Assembly (NCBI GenBank): GCA_963796685.1
Contig: CAWCMR010000022.1
Coordinates: forward strand, 96,001-160,000
From: an uncultured delta proteobacterium
GTDB taxonomy: Bacteria > Myxococcota_A > Polyangia > Fen-1088
DNA length: 64,000 nt
Direction: 5' to 3'
Shown here: positions 1-13,975 of the stretch, piece after piece
How the letters are laid out: the number at the start of each line of letters is the position of its first letter
Numbering within the stretch: the first letter of the stretch is position 1
Made by a program: the position numbers and the translations under genes
The notes under the pieces: generated by a model
The model's database searches: none
What the model was told of the DNA's origin: nothing
The model's input: the letters and a program-made list of their open reading frames with translations, nothing else

Positions 1-3000
1 CATCCGTCAAGGGAATCACGGGATCGGGTTGCGCAACGCCGTCGAGGGTCACCCTCATGCCGCGGCTGACGACCGAGCGCGTGACTCGAAGGTGGTACAC
101 GGTTTCGCGATACCGGTAGTGGACCCTGAAGGTTTGCCAGCTCGCGGGAAGACAGGGGGCAAGGTGCAGCTTGTCGACCTCTAGCCGCAGGCCAAGCAAG
201 GATTCCACCATGAGTCGGTAGAGCCAGCCAGCCGAACCGGTGTACCACGACCAGCCACCCCGGCCGATGTGCGGCGCCACGGCGTAAACGTCGGCAGCGA
301 CGACGTAGGGCTCCACCTTGTAGGTCGCGATCGCCTCGGGAGAGGTACCGTGGTTCACGGGATTGATCATGGCCAGCAGCTCCCAGGCGCGCTTGGCGTC
401 GCCCAGGGCCGCAAAGGCCATCGCCGCCCAAATCGCCGCGTGCGTATACTGACCGCCATTTTCGCGCACGCCGGGAACGTAACCTTTGATGTAGCCCGGA
501 TCCAAGGTCGACTTGTCGAAGGGGGGATCGAGCAATTGGACGAGCGCGTGGTCGCGCCGAACCAGTCGCTGGTCGAGCGCGTCCATGGCCAGGCGGGACC
601 TTGCGATGTCGCCGGCCCCGGACAGCACGGACCAGCTCTGCGCGATGGAATCGATCTGGCACTCGGGGCTGCTTGCCGACCCGAGCGCCGAGCCGTCGTC
701 GAAGTAGGCGCGCCGGTACCACTCGCCATCCCAGCCGCTCTCCTCGATGCTTTGCCGCAGCTTGGCAGCTTCGGTCTGGCAGCGCTCGGCAAAGGGCACG
801 TCGCCGCGCAGCCGGGCCAGCTTGGTGAAGCGTTCGAGCACGTCGCAGAGGAAGAAGCCGAGCCACACGCTTTCGCCCTTGCCTTGCACGCCCACGCGGT
901 TCATGCCGTCGTTCCAGTCGCCCGAGCCCATCAGGGGCAGGCCGTGCTCGCCGAAGCGAAGCCCGTGCAGGATGGCGCGGGTGCAGTGCGCGTACAGCGT
1001 GTCTGCTTCAGCCGAGCGCCGGGGCAGGTCGTAGTACGAGTCCTCTTCCGCGCCAACGGGGCGACCCTCGAGAAAGGGAACCACCTCGTCGAGCACGCCG
1101 GTGTCTCCGGTGCCGAAAACGTAGCGGCAGGCGGCCAGCGGCAGCCAAAGGAAGTCGTCCGAGCAGTGGGTGCGCACGCCTCGGCCGAGGGGTGGATGCC
1201 ACCAATGCTGAACATCGCCCTCGTGGAACTGATGGGCCGCGCACAGGAGCAGTTGCTCGCGCAGCAGGCGCGGTTCGCAGTGAATGAGCGCCATCGCGTC
1301 TTGCAACTGGTCGCGGAAACCGAAGGCGCCTCCCGATTGGTAGGATCCGCTGCGCGCCCACAGCCGGCACGCCAGGGTTTGGTATAAAAGCCAGCCATTG
1401 GCCAGCACGTCGAAGGTGGGGTCAGGGGTTTCCACCTGGACCGCGCCGAGAGTGTGGTTCCAGTACTGCCAAACCGCCTCCAGGGCGGTGCGCGCCGCCT
1501 GCGGGCCACGATGGCGGTGCACCAGGCTGGCGGCGTCGTCGATACCTCTTCCGACGCCGAGCCGGAAGACAATCTCGCGCTCTTGCCCCGGGTAAAGCTC
1601 GATGGGGACCTGGATGGCGGCGCAGGGATCCAAGGTGGCCCCGAGCTTGCCGGACAGTCGTTCGCGCATCATGGCCGCGGGACTTTGCATGGTTCCGTTG
1701 CGTCCCAGAAACTCGGTTCGATCGCCGGTCACGCTTCCCGTCCTGTCGTCGGTGTCCAGGAAGGCGACGCGGTCGGAGAACTCCATGCTGTAGGGGTTGC
1801 GCGCGAAGAGCGCCCCCGTCCCGGGGTCGGCCTCGACCAAGATATGGGGGGCTGTCTTCGCCCGCTCGTCCCCCAGCACCCATTCCACGTAGGCCGTGGC
1901 CGACAGTTTCCGGTGTCGGCCAGAGTCGTTGCGCACCTTGAGCACGGAGAACTTCAGCGGCGCATCCACGTCGACATAAATGCTCAGCTCGGTGTGAATG
2001 CCGGCCTGGTTGTGCTCGAAGACGCTGTAGCCGAAACCGTGGCGGGTGATGGTGGGCTGGTCGGTGGTGCCTTGGCCGGGAAGCAAGGTGGGGGACCAGA
2101 ACTGGCCGCTCTCCTCGTCGCGCAAGTAGACGGCCTCCCCGCTGGTATCGCCGACGGGGTCGTTGTTCCAAGGCGTAAGGCGAAACTCGTGCGCGTTCTC
2201 GGCCCAGGTGTAGGCCGAGCCGCTCTCCGACAGCACGGTGCCGAAGCGTGGGTTGGCCAGCACGTTGGACCAAGGCGCCGGGGTGACCAGCCCCGGCCGG
2301 GTGGTGATGATGTATTCGCGTCCATCGGGCGTGAAGCCACCCAGTCCATTCCACAGGATAAGGTCGGTGCGAGGTCCTGCGGTGGCCGCGAAGTCCGCCG
2401 CGGGTCTTGCACGCTGGCCCCGGACGGCGAGCGGTGGTGGGTAGATTCGGATGCTCTGACTGCGCCGTCCCAGCTGGTCGGCCAGATCTCCCTGCACGTC
2501 GCTCAGCACGACGCGCGCCACGGTCTCTACCAGGATGCGATCCTCCTCGGCGATCTGGTCGGCCGGCCGCACGAAAATGCCGCCGGGTCGATCGGTCTCG
2601 TTGCTCTCTCCACCCTCGGCGATGAGCGCCATGATCTGATCGCTCAGGACTTGCCGGTAGCCGGAGTGATCCTCGTTCCAGATCACGAGGTCCACCTTCA
2701 ATCCACGCCGCCGCCAATAGGCGTGGGCCTGAACCAGCTGGCGAACCAACCCGGTGCTCGTCAATTCCCGTATCTTCAGCAAGACGATGGGCAGATCGCC
2801 GGAGATCGAATACCCCCACAGGCCGGACTGGCCGCGACGGTTGTTCTTGACCACGCTGGGGGCGGCCCGGAGCGCGGCGTTGGCATAAAGGACGGCGCCG
2901 GCCAGCCCGCTGTACAGTTGCGCTTCGGCTTCGCTGGCGTTGATCTGTTGCAACGCCACCCGGCTGTGGGTCCAGGCCAGATCGAACACGCGGCTCGCCA

Positions 3001-6000
3001 GGCGGCGGTCTTGATACTTGTCGACCAGCCCCAAGCAACCCTCGCGTGTCTCGGCCACGCCGGTCACGATGTCGACCGTTGCGGACGCGTTCGGTTCAAG
3101 CGTGATGCGTTGGCGGATGGCGACGATGGGATCGAGCACCGAGCCTTGGCTGTCGGACAGCGTCGCGCCGGTGGTCATGGCCTGTGGATCCGCGACGGTG
3201 CGACCACGCCCGAGGAAGCGCGAGCGATCGGTCTCGTACGAGCTCTCTCCCGCCGTGGCTCCGTGCACGGCCATGAGATGGAACATCCATGGCGACGCCT
3301 CACCCGCCGAGCGCGGACGGCGCGTGCACAGGATGGCGTCCTTTTGCCGCAAGAGCTCGGTCTGCACGAACAGATTGCTGAACCCCGGATGTTGCGCGTC
3401 CGCGGCCGGCGAGGCCAGCACGACCTCGGCGTAACTGGTGACATCGATGGTCCTGCGCTTGCGGGCGCGGTTGGTGATGGTCACGCGGCGGAGCTCGATG
3501 TCATCCTCGGGCGAAACCGCAATCTCCGTGTGGGTGTCGAGATCGTGCTTGCGGCAACGAAACTCCGCCCGGGATTCGGAAAAGATCGCCTCGTAGCTCT
3601 CGCAGCGCTGGGTCGCCGGTTGGTAGGCGGTCGACCAGAAGGTCCTGCTGGCGCTGTCGCGCACGTAGCAGAAGGTGCCCCAGTGATCGCGGGTGCTGTC
3701 TTCGCGCCAGCGCGTGATGGCGAGATCCTTCCAGCGGCTATAGCCACCACCGGCGTTGGTGAGCATTACGTGGTAGCGGCCGTTCGACAAGAGCTGCACT
3801 TCGGGCGAAGGCGTGTGGGGCGTGTCGAAGACCCGCACCGGCGTCTCGGTGAAGGCGGTGGCGGTACGCGACTGGGCAAGCTCGGACGTGTGCAGATAGG
3901 GAGCCACGGGTTTGGGAATGCGCTCCTGCAGGAGCAGCGTCGTGGCTTGAAACGTCCGGTCCGCCGCGAATCGCTTTTGCATCGGGTGGTCCAGCAGAAG
4001 GTGGGCCAGCGCCAGCAAGCCCATCCCTTGGTGGTGGACCATGAACGATTGAACCAGGGCGCTGGTCTGACCGGGCGGCAAACGCGATGGCGTGTAGTCG
4101 ATGGCCTCGAAGAACCCATAGCGCCCCTCGCACCCCGCGGCGGCAAGGCGGCGCAGATTCGCGCAGGCTTCCTCGGGTGCCACCATCAGCGCCAGCAACG
4201 AAGCATAGGGCGCCACCACCAGATCCTCGGCGAGCCCACGCCTGAGCCCCAGGCCGGGAACGCCGAACGCGCGGTACTGGTAGTTGAGATGCGCGTCCAC
4301 CAGGTTGTAGCCCGATTCCGACATGCCCCACGGCACGCCCCGCTGATGCCCGTACGCGATCTGTCGCTCGACCACCGCCCGGCACGTCTGGTCGAGCAGG
4401 GTGCCTTCGTAGGTCGGCATCACCAGCATCGGCATCAGGTACTCGAACATCGACCCGCTCCAAGACAGCAGGATGGGTTTGCCGCCTTCGCTGGTCAGAC
4501 GGCGTCCCAAGGCAAACCAACTTTCTTGCGAGAGTCGTCCCTGCGCGATGGCCACGAACGTGGCAAGCCTGGCTTCGGAGGCGAGGAGGTCGTAGTAGCT
4601 CGCATCGCGCCGACAATCGTCCACGTTGTACCCTATGGCCAGCAGGTGGCGGGTGCGGTCGAAGAGAAAATCGTACTCGACGCACGCGAGGTCGCCAGCG
4701 GCGAGGGCGAGGCGCTGCACGGCCGCGATTCTCTTCTTGGCGCGCCGACGACACTCGTCGATGAGGCCCGGTCGTTCGCCCTCCGCGCGCGGAGTCGCGC
4801 CGTCCGGTGACGATGGCGTCACGGCCTCGGCGAGCTCGCGAAGGGTCGGGATCCGGCGGTGGCCGACAAACCCTTCCAAACCCGAGCTCGCCTCCGGCAA
4901 CGAGGCCCAGGAGGCGATGAAGGCGAGATCGGCGGTCGCATCTCTACACTGCCGGACCAGCGCCATGGCCCACACCCTGGCTTGGTCCTCGGGGCCGGTT
5001 GCAAGCCGCGCGGCAAGCGCCTCGGCCGCCTTGGTGACCGTTTCGACCGCTTTGCGCACGGCTACGAGCGTGCCCGGTGGAACGTGCGTGGCAGCGGTCA
5101 AGGCGTTCTCGACGGCGGCGATCTCGCCGAGGCGGCGGTCTTGCAAGGCGTCGACGATCAGCAACAGCGTGTCTTGCATGCCGGCGAACAGACGTGGCCC
5201 GGCGATCTTCTCGTCGACGAGCGCGAGCAATCCCTGGCGCAAGGTCAGGAGGTGTCCGGCGAGGTTGCCGCTGTCGACGCTGGAGATGTAGTGCGGGCGC
5301 AGCGGTGCGAGCGACTGGGTGTCGTACCAATTGTAGAAATGGCCGCGATGGCGTTCCAGGGCCTTCAGGGTGTGCATGGCATTGGCCGTGCGCTCGATGA
5401 GTCGCCCGGTCGAGATGAAGCCGAAGTCGTGGGCGGTCAGGTTGGCGAGCAGGGACAGTCCCATGTTGGTCGGTGACGTGCGATGGGCGATGACGGTCGT
5501 CGGATGCTCTTGCACGTTGTCGGGCGGCAGCCAGTGATCCTTCGGACCGACGAAGGTCTCGAAGAAGTCCCAGGTCTTGCGAGCCGCTCTGCGCAGAAAG
5601 CGCGTGTCGGCATCGGTCAACTTGGCAGGGTGGCGAGGGACGGCCCGGCCGAGCCACCACGCCACGGCCGGCCCGGCAAACCACAGCGCCAGGAAGGGCG
5701 CGGCGACGACCAGTGCGTGCGGGTGAAAACGCGCGAGATAGATCGACGTCAGCAGAGACAGAACGGGCCCAATCCACATGGCACGAAGGCACGTCGCGAG
5801 ACCGGATCCGGCCCGATGTCTCGGATCGCTTGGGTTCCATTCCAAGAGCCGCCGATGGCTGATGAGGACTCGGAATACCGTGCGCGCGATGGCCACGAAG
5901 CTGAACAGCGCCTCGTACGGCAGGCAGGCCAGTGAAAAGAACGCCTGCGCAAAACGGACCGCGGCCGAGCGACCCGCCCCGGTCAGGTGCTGGACCAGCA

Positions 6001-8644
6001 GCACGTCCGCTGGCTTGCGCACGGTATCGACGAGGGACGCGACCATGGGTAAGCTCAGAAAGGTACCCAGTACCGACAGCGTCCAGAGCCAGGGCTGGAA
6101 TGGGGCTATCCAGCCCAGCAGCAACAACAGCAGCGAGGCAATCGGAACCAAGCTGCGGCGAAGGTTGTCGAAGATCTTCCAGCGTGACAGGCGTGACAGC
6201 GGATTCTTCTGCCAACCCCGGTGCGGGACGCGAACCCATGGCAGGGTCCAGAACGCTATCTGCCAATCGCCTCGAATCCACCGCTCGCGGCGGAGCACAT
6301 CCGCCGCGTAGCGGGTGGGATACGCTTCATACAACTGGACGTCGGTGAGCAGCCCCGAGCGCGCGTAACAACCCTCGACCAGATCGTGGCTGAGGATGCG
6401 ATCTTCGGGAAACCGTCCTGACAGTGCGCGCTCGAAGGCGTCGACATCGTAGATCCCCTTGCCGATGAACGAGCCTTCTTGGAAGAGATCCTGGTAGACG
6501 TCGGAGACGGCGCGCGTGTAGGGGTCGACCCCCGGTTCGCTGCCCCAGAGCTGGGCGTAGCGGGACCGGATCCCCGACAGGCTCTCGGCCATGCGTGGCT
6601 GAAGAATCCCGTAGCCCGCATCGACGCGTTGGGTGCGTTCGTCGAAGGTCGCCCGATTGAGCGGGTGGGCCATGGCTCCGACGAGCTCGCGGGCGGCGTC
6701 GCGCGGTAGCTGCGTGTCGGTGTCGAGGGTGATGACGTACTTGACGTGCGAGAGCTCGGCGCTGTTGCCGACGACCAGCGAGAAGTCGCCCTGGGCATTC
6801 CCGTGGCGAAGAAAGGCGTTCAGCGCTCCCAGCTTGCCGCGCTTTCGCTCGTAGCCCATCCAGGTGCGTTCGCGGGGATTGAAGCGGCGCGGACGATGGA
6901 ACAGAAGAAAAGGGCTGCCGCCCGGGCCGCCGTGGCCGAGGTACTTGCCGTTGAGCTCCTCGATCCCGCTCTTGGCCAGCGATATCAAGGCGTCGTCCTC
7001 GGGCAAGGTTTCCTCGGGGGCATCCAGCAGATCGGTCAGCAGGGCAAAGTGGAGATTTGCGTCCTGGTTGGCAAGGTATCGAACCTCCAGCCCTTCGAGG
7101 AGATCCGCGATGCCCGCGGCGCTTCCGAGCATGGTCGGAATCACGACCAGGGTGCGCGACTCGGATGGAATTCCGTCCGAGAAGTCCAGGCGCGGCAGCA
7201 GGCGTGGTCTGGCCAGCAGGGTCGTCGTCCAGTCCACCAGGGCCACGGCGAGCTGGCTCGCGCACAGCAGGGCGAGGATCCCGGTCAGCGCGAGAAGCCA
7301 GGGCGGGCCCGCGTCGGCCCGGGCCTTGGCCACGAGCGCACCGGAGCCGAGGCCGGCCAGCAGGACAATGCACGTCCAATAGACGAAGAACGGGAATCGG
7401 CCGCCCGGTCCGCGCAAGACTCCCGCGGTCGAACCGCGCATGTGTGCCGCACGTTCGAGCAAGGGCAAGCCCTGGTCGATGAGATAGAAGCCGACGTGGC
7501 GCGTGCGTTCGTGTGCGGCGCCGCTCGTCGGTTCCGCCTCGGCAAGAAGGATCGCCTGCCGGGCCACCTCGCCTTCCATGAGCGCGCTGCGCTTGGCGAT
7601 GGTCTCGACCACGCGGCGGTAGCGGTCGCGCGTGGCGAACTCCATTTCACCGTAGGCGCCGGCCGGATCCTCGCGCAAGGTTCGCTCGACCGCGCTCAGG
7701 CTCTCGACGAACTTGCGCCAGTCGGTCGCCCCCAGGGTGCGCAGGCTGCCGATGCTGTTGCTGATGGAAACTTGGTCGGCAGCCTGTTGCTGATTCTCCA
7801 TGTGGACCATCTGCTCGATGGACAGATTGGACTCGGAGAGCCGCTGCGCTATCCACGTGAGCGGGAGCGTGAGGCTCAGACCCTGCAGCCGGTGGGCCAG
7901 CTCGGCCACGAACGAGCTCACCATCGGCGGATTGGTGCGCGCCATGTCCGCGGTCACCAGGATGAGGCTCTTGGGATCCTCCAGGGCCACCTCGGCCATG
8001 CGCCCGGCCCACAAGGCGGCACGGTCGCGCTCGATGCGTGCGGAGACGACGCGCGTGCTCACCCGCCTGAGATTCTCGATGAGCGCCAGACGCAGCATGA
8101 TGGGGATGGCCCACAATTCGCCGAGCTTCAGCGTGGTCACCGACTGGTAAGCGGCCACGAATCCATCCAGGCTCTCGGGATCCACGCGTCCGTCGCCGTG
8201 CGCGATCGCCTCCAGGGCGATGTCGTACACGCGCGGAAGGCCTGCCGAGGGTCCGCTTTGCAGACGGGGCAGCTCCCGGCTGTAGCCCCTCGGCAGGTGT
8301 CGCCGGGCGGTGCGAATCTGTTCTTCGACCAGATAGAAATTGTCGAGCAGCCATTCCCCTGCCGGCACGATGCGACGATTGTCCGCCAGCGTCTCGGTGA
8401 GGAGCCTGCAGGCCTCGATCAGGATCTGCTCATTGTCGGCAAGCCGCGAGAGCAGGCGATCGGGGGCCCAACGCCGCGCCAGCTCGTGTGCCGCCGCAAG
8501 GGTCCTTCCGTGCTGCTTCATCTGCTCGGCGCTGAGCAGCTCGGCGCGCAGGGGCGGCTCATGGGCCGCGTTGCCACTCGTTAAAACGCTGCCGCGCAGG
8601 CGCGCCATCCACGCGATCAAGGTCTTCCCGATCGATCGGGGCAT
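1..8644 (-). CDS. Cyclic beta-1,2-glucan synthase/NdvB-ChvB-like giant protein (GT84 plus C-terminal GH94 phosphorylase domain); 3' end runs off the window
   Basis: Manual translation from ATG 8644 gives MPRSIGK...[14 protein letters not shown]...[35 protein letters not shown], with later [19 protein letters not shown] and [14 protein letters not shown] motifs. Both ends are in the same frame (~2880 aa). Missing from the ORF track because there is no stop in the window. Confidence 0.9.
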   Translation of the reverse strand, partial: MPRSIGKTLIAWMARLRGSVLTSGNAAHEPPLRAELLSAEQMKQHGRTLAAAHELARRWAPDRLLSRLADNEQILIEACRLLTETLADNRRIVPAGEWLLDNFYLVEEQIRTARRHLPRGYSRELPRLQSGPSAGLPRVYDIALEAIAHGDGRVDPESLDGFVAAYQSVTTLKLGELWAIPIMLRLALIENLRRVSTRVVSARIERDRAALWAGRMAEVALEDPKSLILVTADMARTNPPMVSSFVAELAHRLQGLSLTLPLTWIAQRLSESNLSIEQMVHMENQQQAADQVSISNSIGSLRTLGATDWRKFVESLSAVERTLREDPAGAYGEMEFATRDRYRRVVETIAKRSALMEGEVARQAILLAEAEPTSGAAHERTRHVGFYLIDQGLPLLERAAHMRGSTAGVLRGPGGRFPFFVYWTCIVLLAGLGSGALVAKARADAGPPWLLALTGILALLCASQLAVALVDWTTTLLARPRLLPRLDFSDGIPSESRTLVVIPTMLGSAAGIADLLEGLEVRYLANQDANLHFALLTDLLDAPEETLPEDDALISLAKSGIEELNGKYLGHGGPGGSPFLLFHRPRRFNPRERTWMGYERKRGKLGALNAFLRHGNAQGDFSLVVGNSAELSHVKYVITLDTDTQLPRDAARELVGAMAHPLNRATFDERTQRVDAGYGILQPRMAESLSGIRSRYAQLWGSEPGVDPYTRAVSDVYQDLFQEGSFIGKGIYDVDAFERALSGRFPEDRILSHDLVEGCYARSGLLTDVQLYEAYPTRYAADVLRRERWIRGDWQIAFWTLPWVRVPHRGWQKNPLSRLSRWKIFDNLRRSLVPIASLLLLLLGWIAPFQPWLWTLSVLGTFLSLPMVASLVDTVRKPADVLLVQHLTGAGRSAAVRFAQAFFSLACLPYEALFSFVAIARTVFRVLISHRRLLEWNPSDPRHRAGSGLATCLRAMWIGPVLSLLTSIYLARFHPHALVVAAPFLALWFAGPAVAWWLGRAVPRHPAKLTDADTRFLRRAARKTWDFFETFVGPKDHWLPPDNVQEHPTTVIAHRTSPTNMGLSLLANLTAHDFGFISTGRLIERTANAMHTLKALERHRGHFYNWYDTQSLAPLRPHYISSVDSGNLAGHLLTLRQGLLALVDEKIAGPRLFAGMQDTLLLIVDALQDRRLGEIAAVENALTAATHVPPGTLVAVRKAVETVTKAAEALAARLATGPEDQARVWAMALVRQCRDATADLAFIASWASLPEASSGLEGFVGHRRIPTLRELAEAVTPSSPDGATPRAEGERPGLIDECRRRAKKRIAAVQRLALAAGDLACVEYDFLFDRTRHLLAIGYNVDDCRRDASYYDLLASEARLATFVAIAQGRLSQESWFALGRRLTSEGGKPILLSWSGSMFEYLMPMLVMPTYEGTLLDQTCRAVVERQIAYGHQRGVPWGMSESGYNLVDAHLNYQYRAFGVPGLGLRRGLAEDLVVAPYASLLALMVAPEEACANLRRLAAAGCEGRYGFFEAIDYTPSRLPPGQTSALVQSFMVHHQGMGLLALAHLLLDHPMQKRFAADRTFQATTLLLQERIPKPVAPYLHTSELAQSRTATAFTETPVRVFDTPHTPSPEVQLLSNGRYHVMLTNAGGGYSRWKDLAITRWREDSTRDHWGTFCYVRDSASRTFWSTAYQPATQRCESYEAIFSESRAEFRCRKHDLDTHTEIAVSPEDDIELRRVTITNRARKRRTIDVTSYAEVVLASPAADAQHPGFSNLFVQTELLRQKDAILCTRRPRSAGEASPWMFHLMAVHGATAGESSYETDRSRFLGRGRTVADPQAMTTGATLSDSQGSVLDPIVAIRQRITLEPNASATVDIVTGVAETREGCLGLVDKYQDRRLASRVFDLAWTHSRVALQQINASEAEAQLYSGLAGAVLYANAALRAAPSVVKNNRRGQSGLWGYSISGDLPIVLLKIRELTSTGLVRQLVQAHAYWRRRGLKVDLVIWNEDHSGYRQVLSDQIMALIAEGGESNETDRPGGIFVRPADQIAEEDRILVETVARVVLSDVQGDLADQLGRRSQSIRIYPPPLAVRGQRARPAADFAATAGPRTDLILWNGLGGFTPDGREYIITTRPGLVTPAPWSNVLANPRFGTVLSESGSAYTWAENAHEFRLTPWNNDPVGDTSGEAVYLRDEESGQFWSPTLLPGQGTTDQPTITRHGFGYSVFEHNQAGIHTELSIYVDVDAPLKFSVLKVRNDSGRHRKLSATAYVEWVLGDERAKTAPHILVEADPGTGALFARNPYSMEFSDRVAFLDTDDRTGSVTGDRTEFLGRNGTMQSPAAMMRERLSGKLGATLDPCAAIQVPIELYPGQEREIVFRLGVGRGIDDAASLVHRHRGPQAARTALEAVWQYWNHTLGAVQVETPDPTFDVLANGWLLYQTLACRLWARSGSYQSGGAFGFRDQLQDAMALIHCEPRLLREQLLLCAAHQFHEGDVQHWWHPPLGRGVRTHCSDDFLWLPLAACRYVFGTGDTGVLDEVVPFLEGRPVGAEEDSYYDLPRRSAEADTLYAHCTRAILHGLRFGEHGLPLMGSGDWNDGMNRVGVQGKGESVWLGFFLCDVLERFTKLARLRGDVPFAERCQTEAAKLRQSIEESGWDGEWYRRAYFDDGSALGSASSPECQIDSIAQSWSVLSGAGDIARSRLAMDALDQRLVRRDHALVQLLDPPFDKSTLDPGYIKGYVPGVRENGGQYTHAAIWAAMAFAALGDAKRAWELLAMINPVNHGTSPEAIATYKVEPYVVAADVYAVAPHIGRGGWSWYTGSAGWLYRLMVESLLGLRLEVDKLHLAPCLPASWQTFRVHYRYRETVYHLRVTRSVVSRGMRVTLDGVAQPDPVIPLTD

Positions 8645-8692
8645 CGCTTGCACGTGCAGGTACGGCACGCTCCGGACGTGGTTGCCGGCCGA

Positions 8693-8971
8693 CTATTGCT
8701 TGAGGGCCTTGAATGCATTCTCGAGGTCGTGCCAGGCGGTCTCGACGCCACCCTTGAAGTTGTCCCATTTCTGGCCATTGGCGGCCCTGAACGCGGTCAG
8801 CTTGCTCTGCACCACGGCGTGCTTTTCCTTGATGTGATCGATCTGCTTGCGATAGTCGACCTTGACCTCGGTCCCGGCTTCGTCGGCCTTGAGCACCAAT
8901 CTGTCGAGCTTGGCGCCTAGCTGTCGCAGTCGCGTTTCGATCTTTCCTACCTCTTGTCCTACTGAATCCAT
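8693..8971 (-). CDS. Small coiled-coil stress protein (Sll1863-like)
   Basis: MDSVGQEVGKIETRL...KWDNFKGGVETAWHDLENAF; GGAGA RBS upstream; homologous to the C-terminal part of 55278..55763. Confidence 0.7.
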   Translation of the reverse strand: MDSVGQEVGKIETRLRQLGAKLDRLVLKADEAGTEVKVDYRKQIDHIKEKHAVVQSKLTAFRAANGQKWDNFKGGVETAWHDLENAFKALKQ

Positions 8972-9003
8972 GGGGTCTCCTTGCAACGTTGCCCCAATGA
9001 CAA

Positions 9004-9116
9004 TGCAGCATTCGGGCCACGCCCCCACCTCCGTGACTTCAACCCCTTACGCGCGCGACGGCCGCGAAAGCACGAGTCATTTCCATCAGAATGATGGGAC
9101 GACTCATTCAATTCGA
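9004..9116 (-). promoter_or_regulatory. sigma54 cassette 1 (upstream of the coiled-coil gene and glucan synthase)
   Basis: TGGCCCGAATGCTGCA on - strand (9019-9004); IHF-like CTTCAACCCCTTA 9037-9049; TCAGAATGA 9086-9094 and TCAATTCGA 9108-9116. Confidence 0.85.
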
Positions 9117-9129
9117 CGGGCAGGGTGCG

Positions 9130-9922
9130 CTAGGCGAACGACGCGACCAAGACACGCGGTCCAGGCGACACGATAGCGGAGCTCTCGGAGACCACGGGAA
9201 GTGTGTCAGGCTTTGGCATGGGTTCACCGAGGTCGACGAGTAGGATCTCGGATTCGTCGCAGGCGGTCAGCGAGACCGCGCGTTCGGCCGTGACGCCAAC
9301 ACCATCGCCCGCGGTCAGAACGATGTCACCCAGGGTGATCTCGCCCTTTACGACGTGCAGCCAGGCGCTGCGCCCCTGGGAGAAGCTCGCGGACCACGTG
9401 TTGCCCGGGGTCGAGCAGGGCCGAGTAGACAAGGGCGTCCTGGTGAATGCGCAGCGACCCTCTGCGAGCGTCGGGCGAGGCAATGGCGCACAATCCGCCG
9501 CGACGCTGGGCGGTGGTGAAACGCCTTTGCTCACAGCCGGGCTCGAGGCCGATTGCGGACGGGCGCAACCAGATCTGGAAAAAGTGCGCCCAGTCGGACC
9601 GCGATGCATTGGTCTGGCTGTGGCGAAGGCGCTGGCCGGCGGTCACGCGCTGGAACTCGCCGGTTTGCAAGATGCCCGAGCCGCCGAGCGAGTTCTCGTA
9701 GGCGAGCGCGCCCTCGCGAACGTAGGTCAAGATCTCGATGTCTTGACCCAAGGTGCGAGGAACGCCGGCGCCTGGTGCGAGGCGCGACTCTTTGAGGATC
9801 TCGATGTTCCCCAAGCCATCGACGAGTCTATCCGCTGGATCCTTCGGGTCGAAGGTGAGCCAGGTTTCGAGCTTCCGGCTCTTGTCGTGGTGTCGTTCCG
9901 CGGCCCTGCGAAGGGTGATCAT
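9130..9922 (-). pseudogene. Pirin-family bicupin protein with a +1 frameshift near 9383
   Basis: N-part EILTYVREGALAYENSLG...FFQIWLRP in ORF 9326..9922; C-part GRSAWLHVVKGEITL...EILLVDL in ORF 9130..9609. Confidence 0.8.
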
Positions 9923-9931
9923 CGCTCCGCC

Positions 9932-11575
<1,644 letters not shown>

Positions 11576-11866
11576 CTACTTGTCGAGAATCGCGAGGATG
11601 TCGTCCTCGCGCAGAATGATGTGGTCTTCGCCGTCGAGCTTCACTTCGGAGCCCGTGTATTTGCCGATCAGCACCTTGTCACCAACGTGGACCGAGAGCG
11701 CTTGCAGCTTGCCATTGTCGAGAATCTTGCCGTCGCCGACGGCGATGACCCGCGCTTCGAGCGGCTTCTCCTTGGCCGTGTCGGGAATGAACAAGCCACC
11801 GGCTGTCTGGTCTTCCTCGGCCAGTCGCTTGGCCAAGATGCGGTCATGGATCGGTCGGATCTTCAT
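11576..11866 (-). CDS. groES: Co-chaperonin GroES
   Basis: [14 protein letters not shown]...[15 protein letters not shown]...[10 protein letters not shown]; GGAG RBS. Confidence 0.97.
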   Translation of the reverse strand: MKIRPIHDRILAKRLAEEDQTAGGLFIPDTAKEKPLEARVIAVGDGKILDNGKLQALSVHVGDKVLIGKYTGSEVKLDGEDHIILREDDILAILDK

Positions 11867-11905
11867 GTGAATGCTCCTTCGAGACGTACCCAATCATCTG
11901 GGTAC

Positions 11906-12018
11906 AGCAGCTTTCGTGCCATGTGCGAAAAGCGCATGGGTTCGCCGTCCTTGAGTACGAGCGGCTCTCGCGCATGACTTTTCTCCATCAGGATGAAGTA
12001 CCTCTTCATTCAATCCGA
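11906..12018 (-). promoter_or_regulatory. sigma54 cassette 2 (groES-groEL-pirin)
   Basis: TGGCACGAAAGCTGCT (11921-11906); TCAGGATGA 11988-11996 and TCAATCCGA 12010-12018; IHF-like site degenerate. Confidence 0.85.
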
Positions 12019-12071
12019 AGCAGGGCGAGCGGTGCTCCCCACATCTACCCACCCTGGACGTGTGTCGGATT

Positions 12072-12087
12072 TGGCGTATTCGTTGCA
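12072..12087 (+). promoter_or_regulatory. Divergent sigma54 -24/-12 promoter for the BamA/TamA-like gene
   Basis: TGGCGTATTCGTTGCA (GG-N10-GC), 36 bp before ATG 12123. Confidence 0.65.
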
Positions 12088-12122
12088 AGCAGACTGCTGT
12101 CCTTGCAGAAAGAAACAGCCAC

Positions 12123-13508
12123 ATGCGCGGCGCTCGATTCCGCCTTGCCGGTCTGATCGCGGTCTTTGTCGCCGCCTTGCAATCCTCTGCCGAGGCTCGG
12201 CTTGTCGTGGATCGCGTCGTTGTCCGGGGTGCGACCAATGTCACGACACGGGTATTGACGGCGCGCATGCACCTCTACTCGGGCGATACCGTGGATTACG
12301 CGGTGCTCAGTGCGGCGCAGCAGCGTTTGATTGAAAGCGATCTGTTCAGCAAGGTGCGCGTGTTTATCGAGCTCTCCACATCCGAGGCGGTGCGGCGGAT
12401 GTACCTTGACGACACCGACTACCCGGTCGAAGTCGTGGTGGAGGCCACTGGCAAACAGCCTTGGTTCATCTTCCCCACCGCCAGTTTCGGCAGTGGAGAC
12501 TGGGCCGGTGGCGTCGCCTATGCGAACCAGAATTTGCTCGGCCGCGACGTACAGCTCATTGGCGCCGGGCAGATCGGGCAGTCTCGCAGCTACGCCTTCG
12601 TGGGGTACCGCGACCCGCTTGTCGTGGGCGCCCCGCTTACCTACGCGGTGAGCGCACTCTACCGGCGAGAGCAGATCCGCTTGTTCGCAAACCACGCCAT
12701 GGTCATGCAGGTGCCGACCATCGTGGCCGGCGGCGACGGTCAAATCGGCTGGGTGCTCACGCCACACACCCGCGCGTCTCTTGGCGTGTCTGCCCGCTAC
12801 CAGACCGTGAAACCCGCCCAAGGTCTTGCGCCTGACGCGATTCCGCTGCCTTACAATTCCCGGGGCGGTCGCATTTTCCTTTTGCAGTTCCAGTTCCAAT
12901 ACGACGACACGCGCGCCGAGGAGGGACTGCGGCAAGGGATTCTGCTCTTCCTCAAGAACGAGGTCTCCGACCGCTATTGGCTTTCGGATTTCGACTACTC
13001 CAAGTTCGAGACGCGGGCGGAGCTATACGGCCACTACTGGTGGAACTATCCGTCGCTCATTTTGAAGATGGTTCTCGACTACCCCACCTCGGACCGCGGG
13101 GTTCCCGTCACGGAAGAGCTCCGCATCGGCGGGCAGGAACTGCGTGGCTATCTTACCAATGAGTTCCACGGCGACACGCTCTTCAGCGCGCAAATCGAGG
13201 ACCAGGCGGTCCTCATGCGCTTGCGGGTCCCCTGGACGCGAACGCGGTTCAATGTCGCCGCGGCGATCTTCGTCGACGCGGCGACTCTTCTCGATCGTCA
13301 CCCAGGCGGCACCACGGTTCCACCGCCCGACAGCTTGCCTTCCCCGGTACGCTCCAAGCTCGACGATATTCACGCGAGCTTCGGCGGCGGTGTGCGGTTC
13401 ATTCTACCCGGCGTGGTGGTCCCGGCCCTCAAGATTGACGTCGGTTACGGCATCGACGTCCGCGATGTGGCCGTCACGGTTTCGATCGCTGGCGGCGGGA
13501 TCATGTAG
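12123..13508 (+). CDS. BamA/TamA (Omp85)-family outer-membrane protein with one POTRA domain
   Basis: Signal peptide MRGARFRLAGLIAVFVAALQSSAEA; POTRA-like VVVRGATN...LIESDLFSKV; NQNLLG; IGGQELRGY. Confidence 0.75.
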   Translation: MRGARFRLAGLIAVFVAALQSSAEARLVVDRVVVRGATNVTTRVLTARMHLYSGDTVDYAVLSAAQQRLIESDLFSKVRVFIELSTSEAVRRMYLDDTDYPVEVVVEATGKQPWFIFPTASFGSGDWAGGVAYANQNLLGRDVQLIGAGQIGQSRSYAFVGYRDPLVVGAPLTYAVSALYRREQIRLFANHAMVMQVPTIVAGGDGQIGWVLTPHTRASLGVSARYQTVKPAQGLAPDAIPLPYNSRGGRIFLLQFQFQYDDTRAEEGLRQGILLFLKNEVSDRYWLSDFDYSKFETRAELYGHYWWNYPSLILKMVLDYPTSDRGVPVTEELRIGGQELRGYLTNEFHGDTLFSAQIEDQAVLMRLRVPWTRTRFNVAAAIFVDAATLLDRHPGGTTVPPPDSLPSPVRSKLDDIHASFGGGVRFILPGVVVPALKIDVGYGIDVRDVAVTVSIAGGGIM

Positions 13509-13515
13509 GCGCCGG

Positions 13516-13779
13516 TCAAGTTGATACTGTATCGGTCGCCTCCGTCCCGCGCGAATCGGGGCTCTTGCCATTGCGGTGCAACTTCGCGCGCAGATCGTGG
13601 CGGAGCTCGCTTCCGACTTTTGGCGCCAAAAGCAACGCTACGCCGGCACCGACCAGCAGCCCGATGCCGAAGGTGCCGAGCGTCCCGAGCAACTGATTGG
13701 TAAAGGACCGCTTGGTCTCGAGGCCAAGAATGCCGAGATAGTCGTCTTTGTCCATGTTCCTGATGTCCTGCAATTTCAT
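13516..13779 (-). CDS. YtxH-like membrane-anchored stress protein
   Basis: FGIGLLVGAGVALLLAPKVGSELR motif; GGAG RBS. Confidence 0.75.
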   Translation of the reverse strand: MKLQDIRNMDKDDYLGILGLETKRSFTNQLLGTLGTFGIGLLVGAGVALLLAPKVGSELRHDLRAKLHRNGKSPDSRGTEATDTVST

Positions 13780-13943
13780 TGGTCATTCTCCTGGTTGGGT
13801 TTCGACTTCGATCCGGTGAGAGTTTGCGCTATCTCTCTTTGAAAGGTTGGCAGCGCCGCCATCAGGCCAATGCGCAACCCGGTCCCTAGAATCTTCCCCG
13901 CGAGCCGGGTGAAAAGCCCGCCGCCCAGGACGAAGCTATCCAT
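13776..13943 (-). CDS. Small hypothetical protein (55 aa)
   Basis: AAGGAG RBS then MDSFVLGGGLFTRLAGKILGTGLRIGLMAALP; ATGA overlap with the next gene. Confidence 0.55.
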   Translation of the reverse strand: MDSFVLGGGLFTRLAGKILGTGLRIGLMAALPTFQREIAQTLTGSKSKPNQENDQ

Positions 13944-13975
13944 GCGTTGTCTCCTTGTGGTCAGGGTCCTCGTGC

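Noticed and set aside
269-8584. Long + strand ORFs (372, 1118 and 612 aa)
   Set aside because: Antisense shadows of the GC-rich glucan synthase gene; no recognisable motifs.
9081-9098. CCATCA-GAA-TGATGG as an FNR/CRP site
   Set aside because: Orientation and spacing (ATCA-N3-TGAT) do not match TTGAT-N4-ATCAA or TGTGA-N6-TCACA.
9163-9178. GG-N10-GC match on the + strand opposite cassette 1
   Set aside because: Poor flanking consensus, lies inside the pirin 3' end, and no downstream + strand gene.
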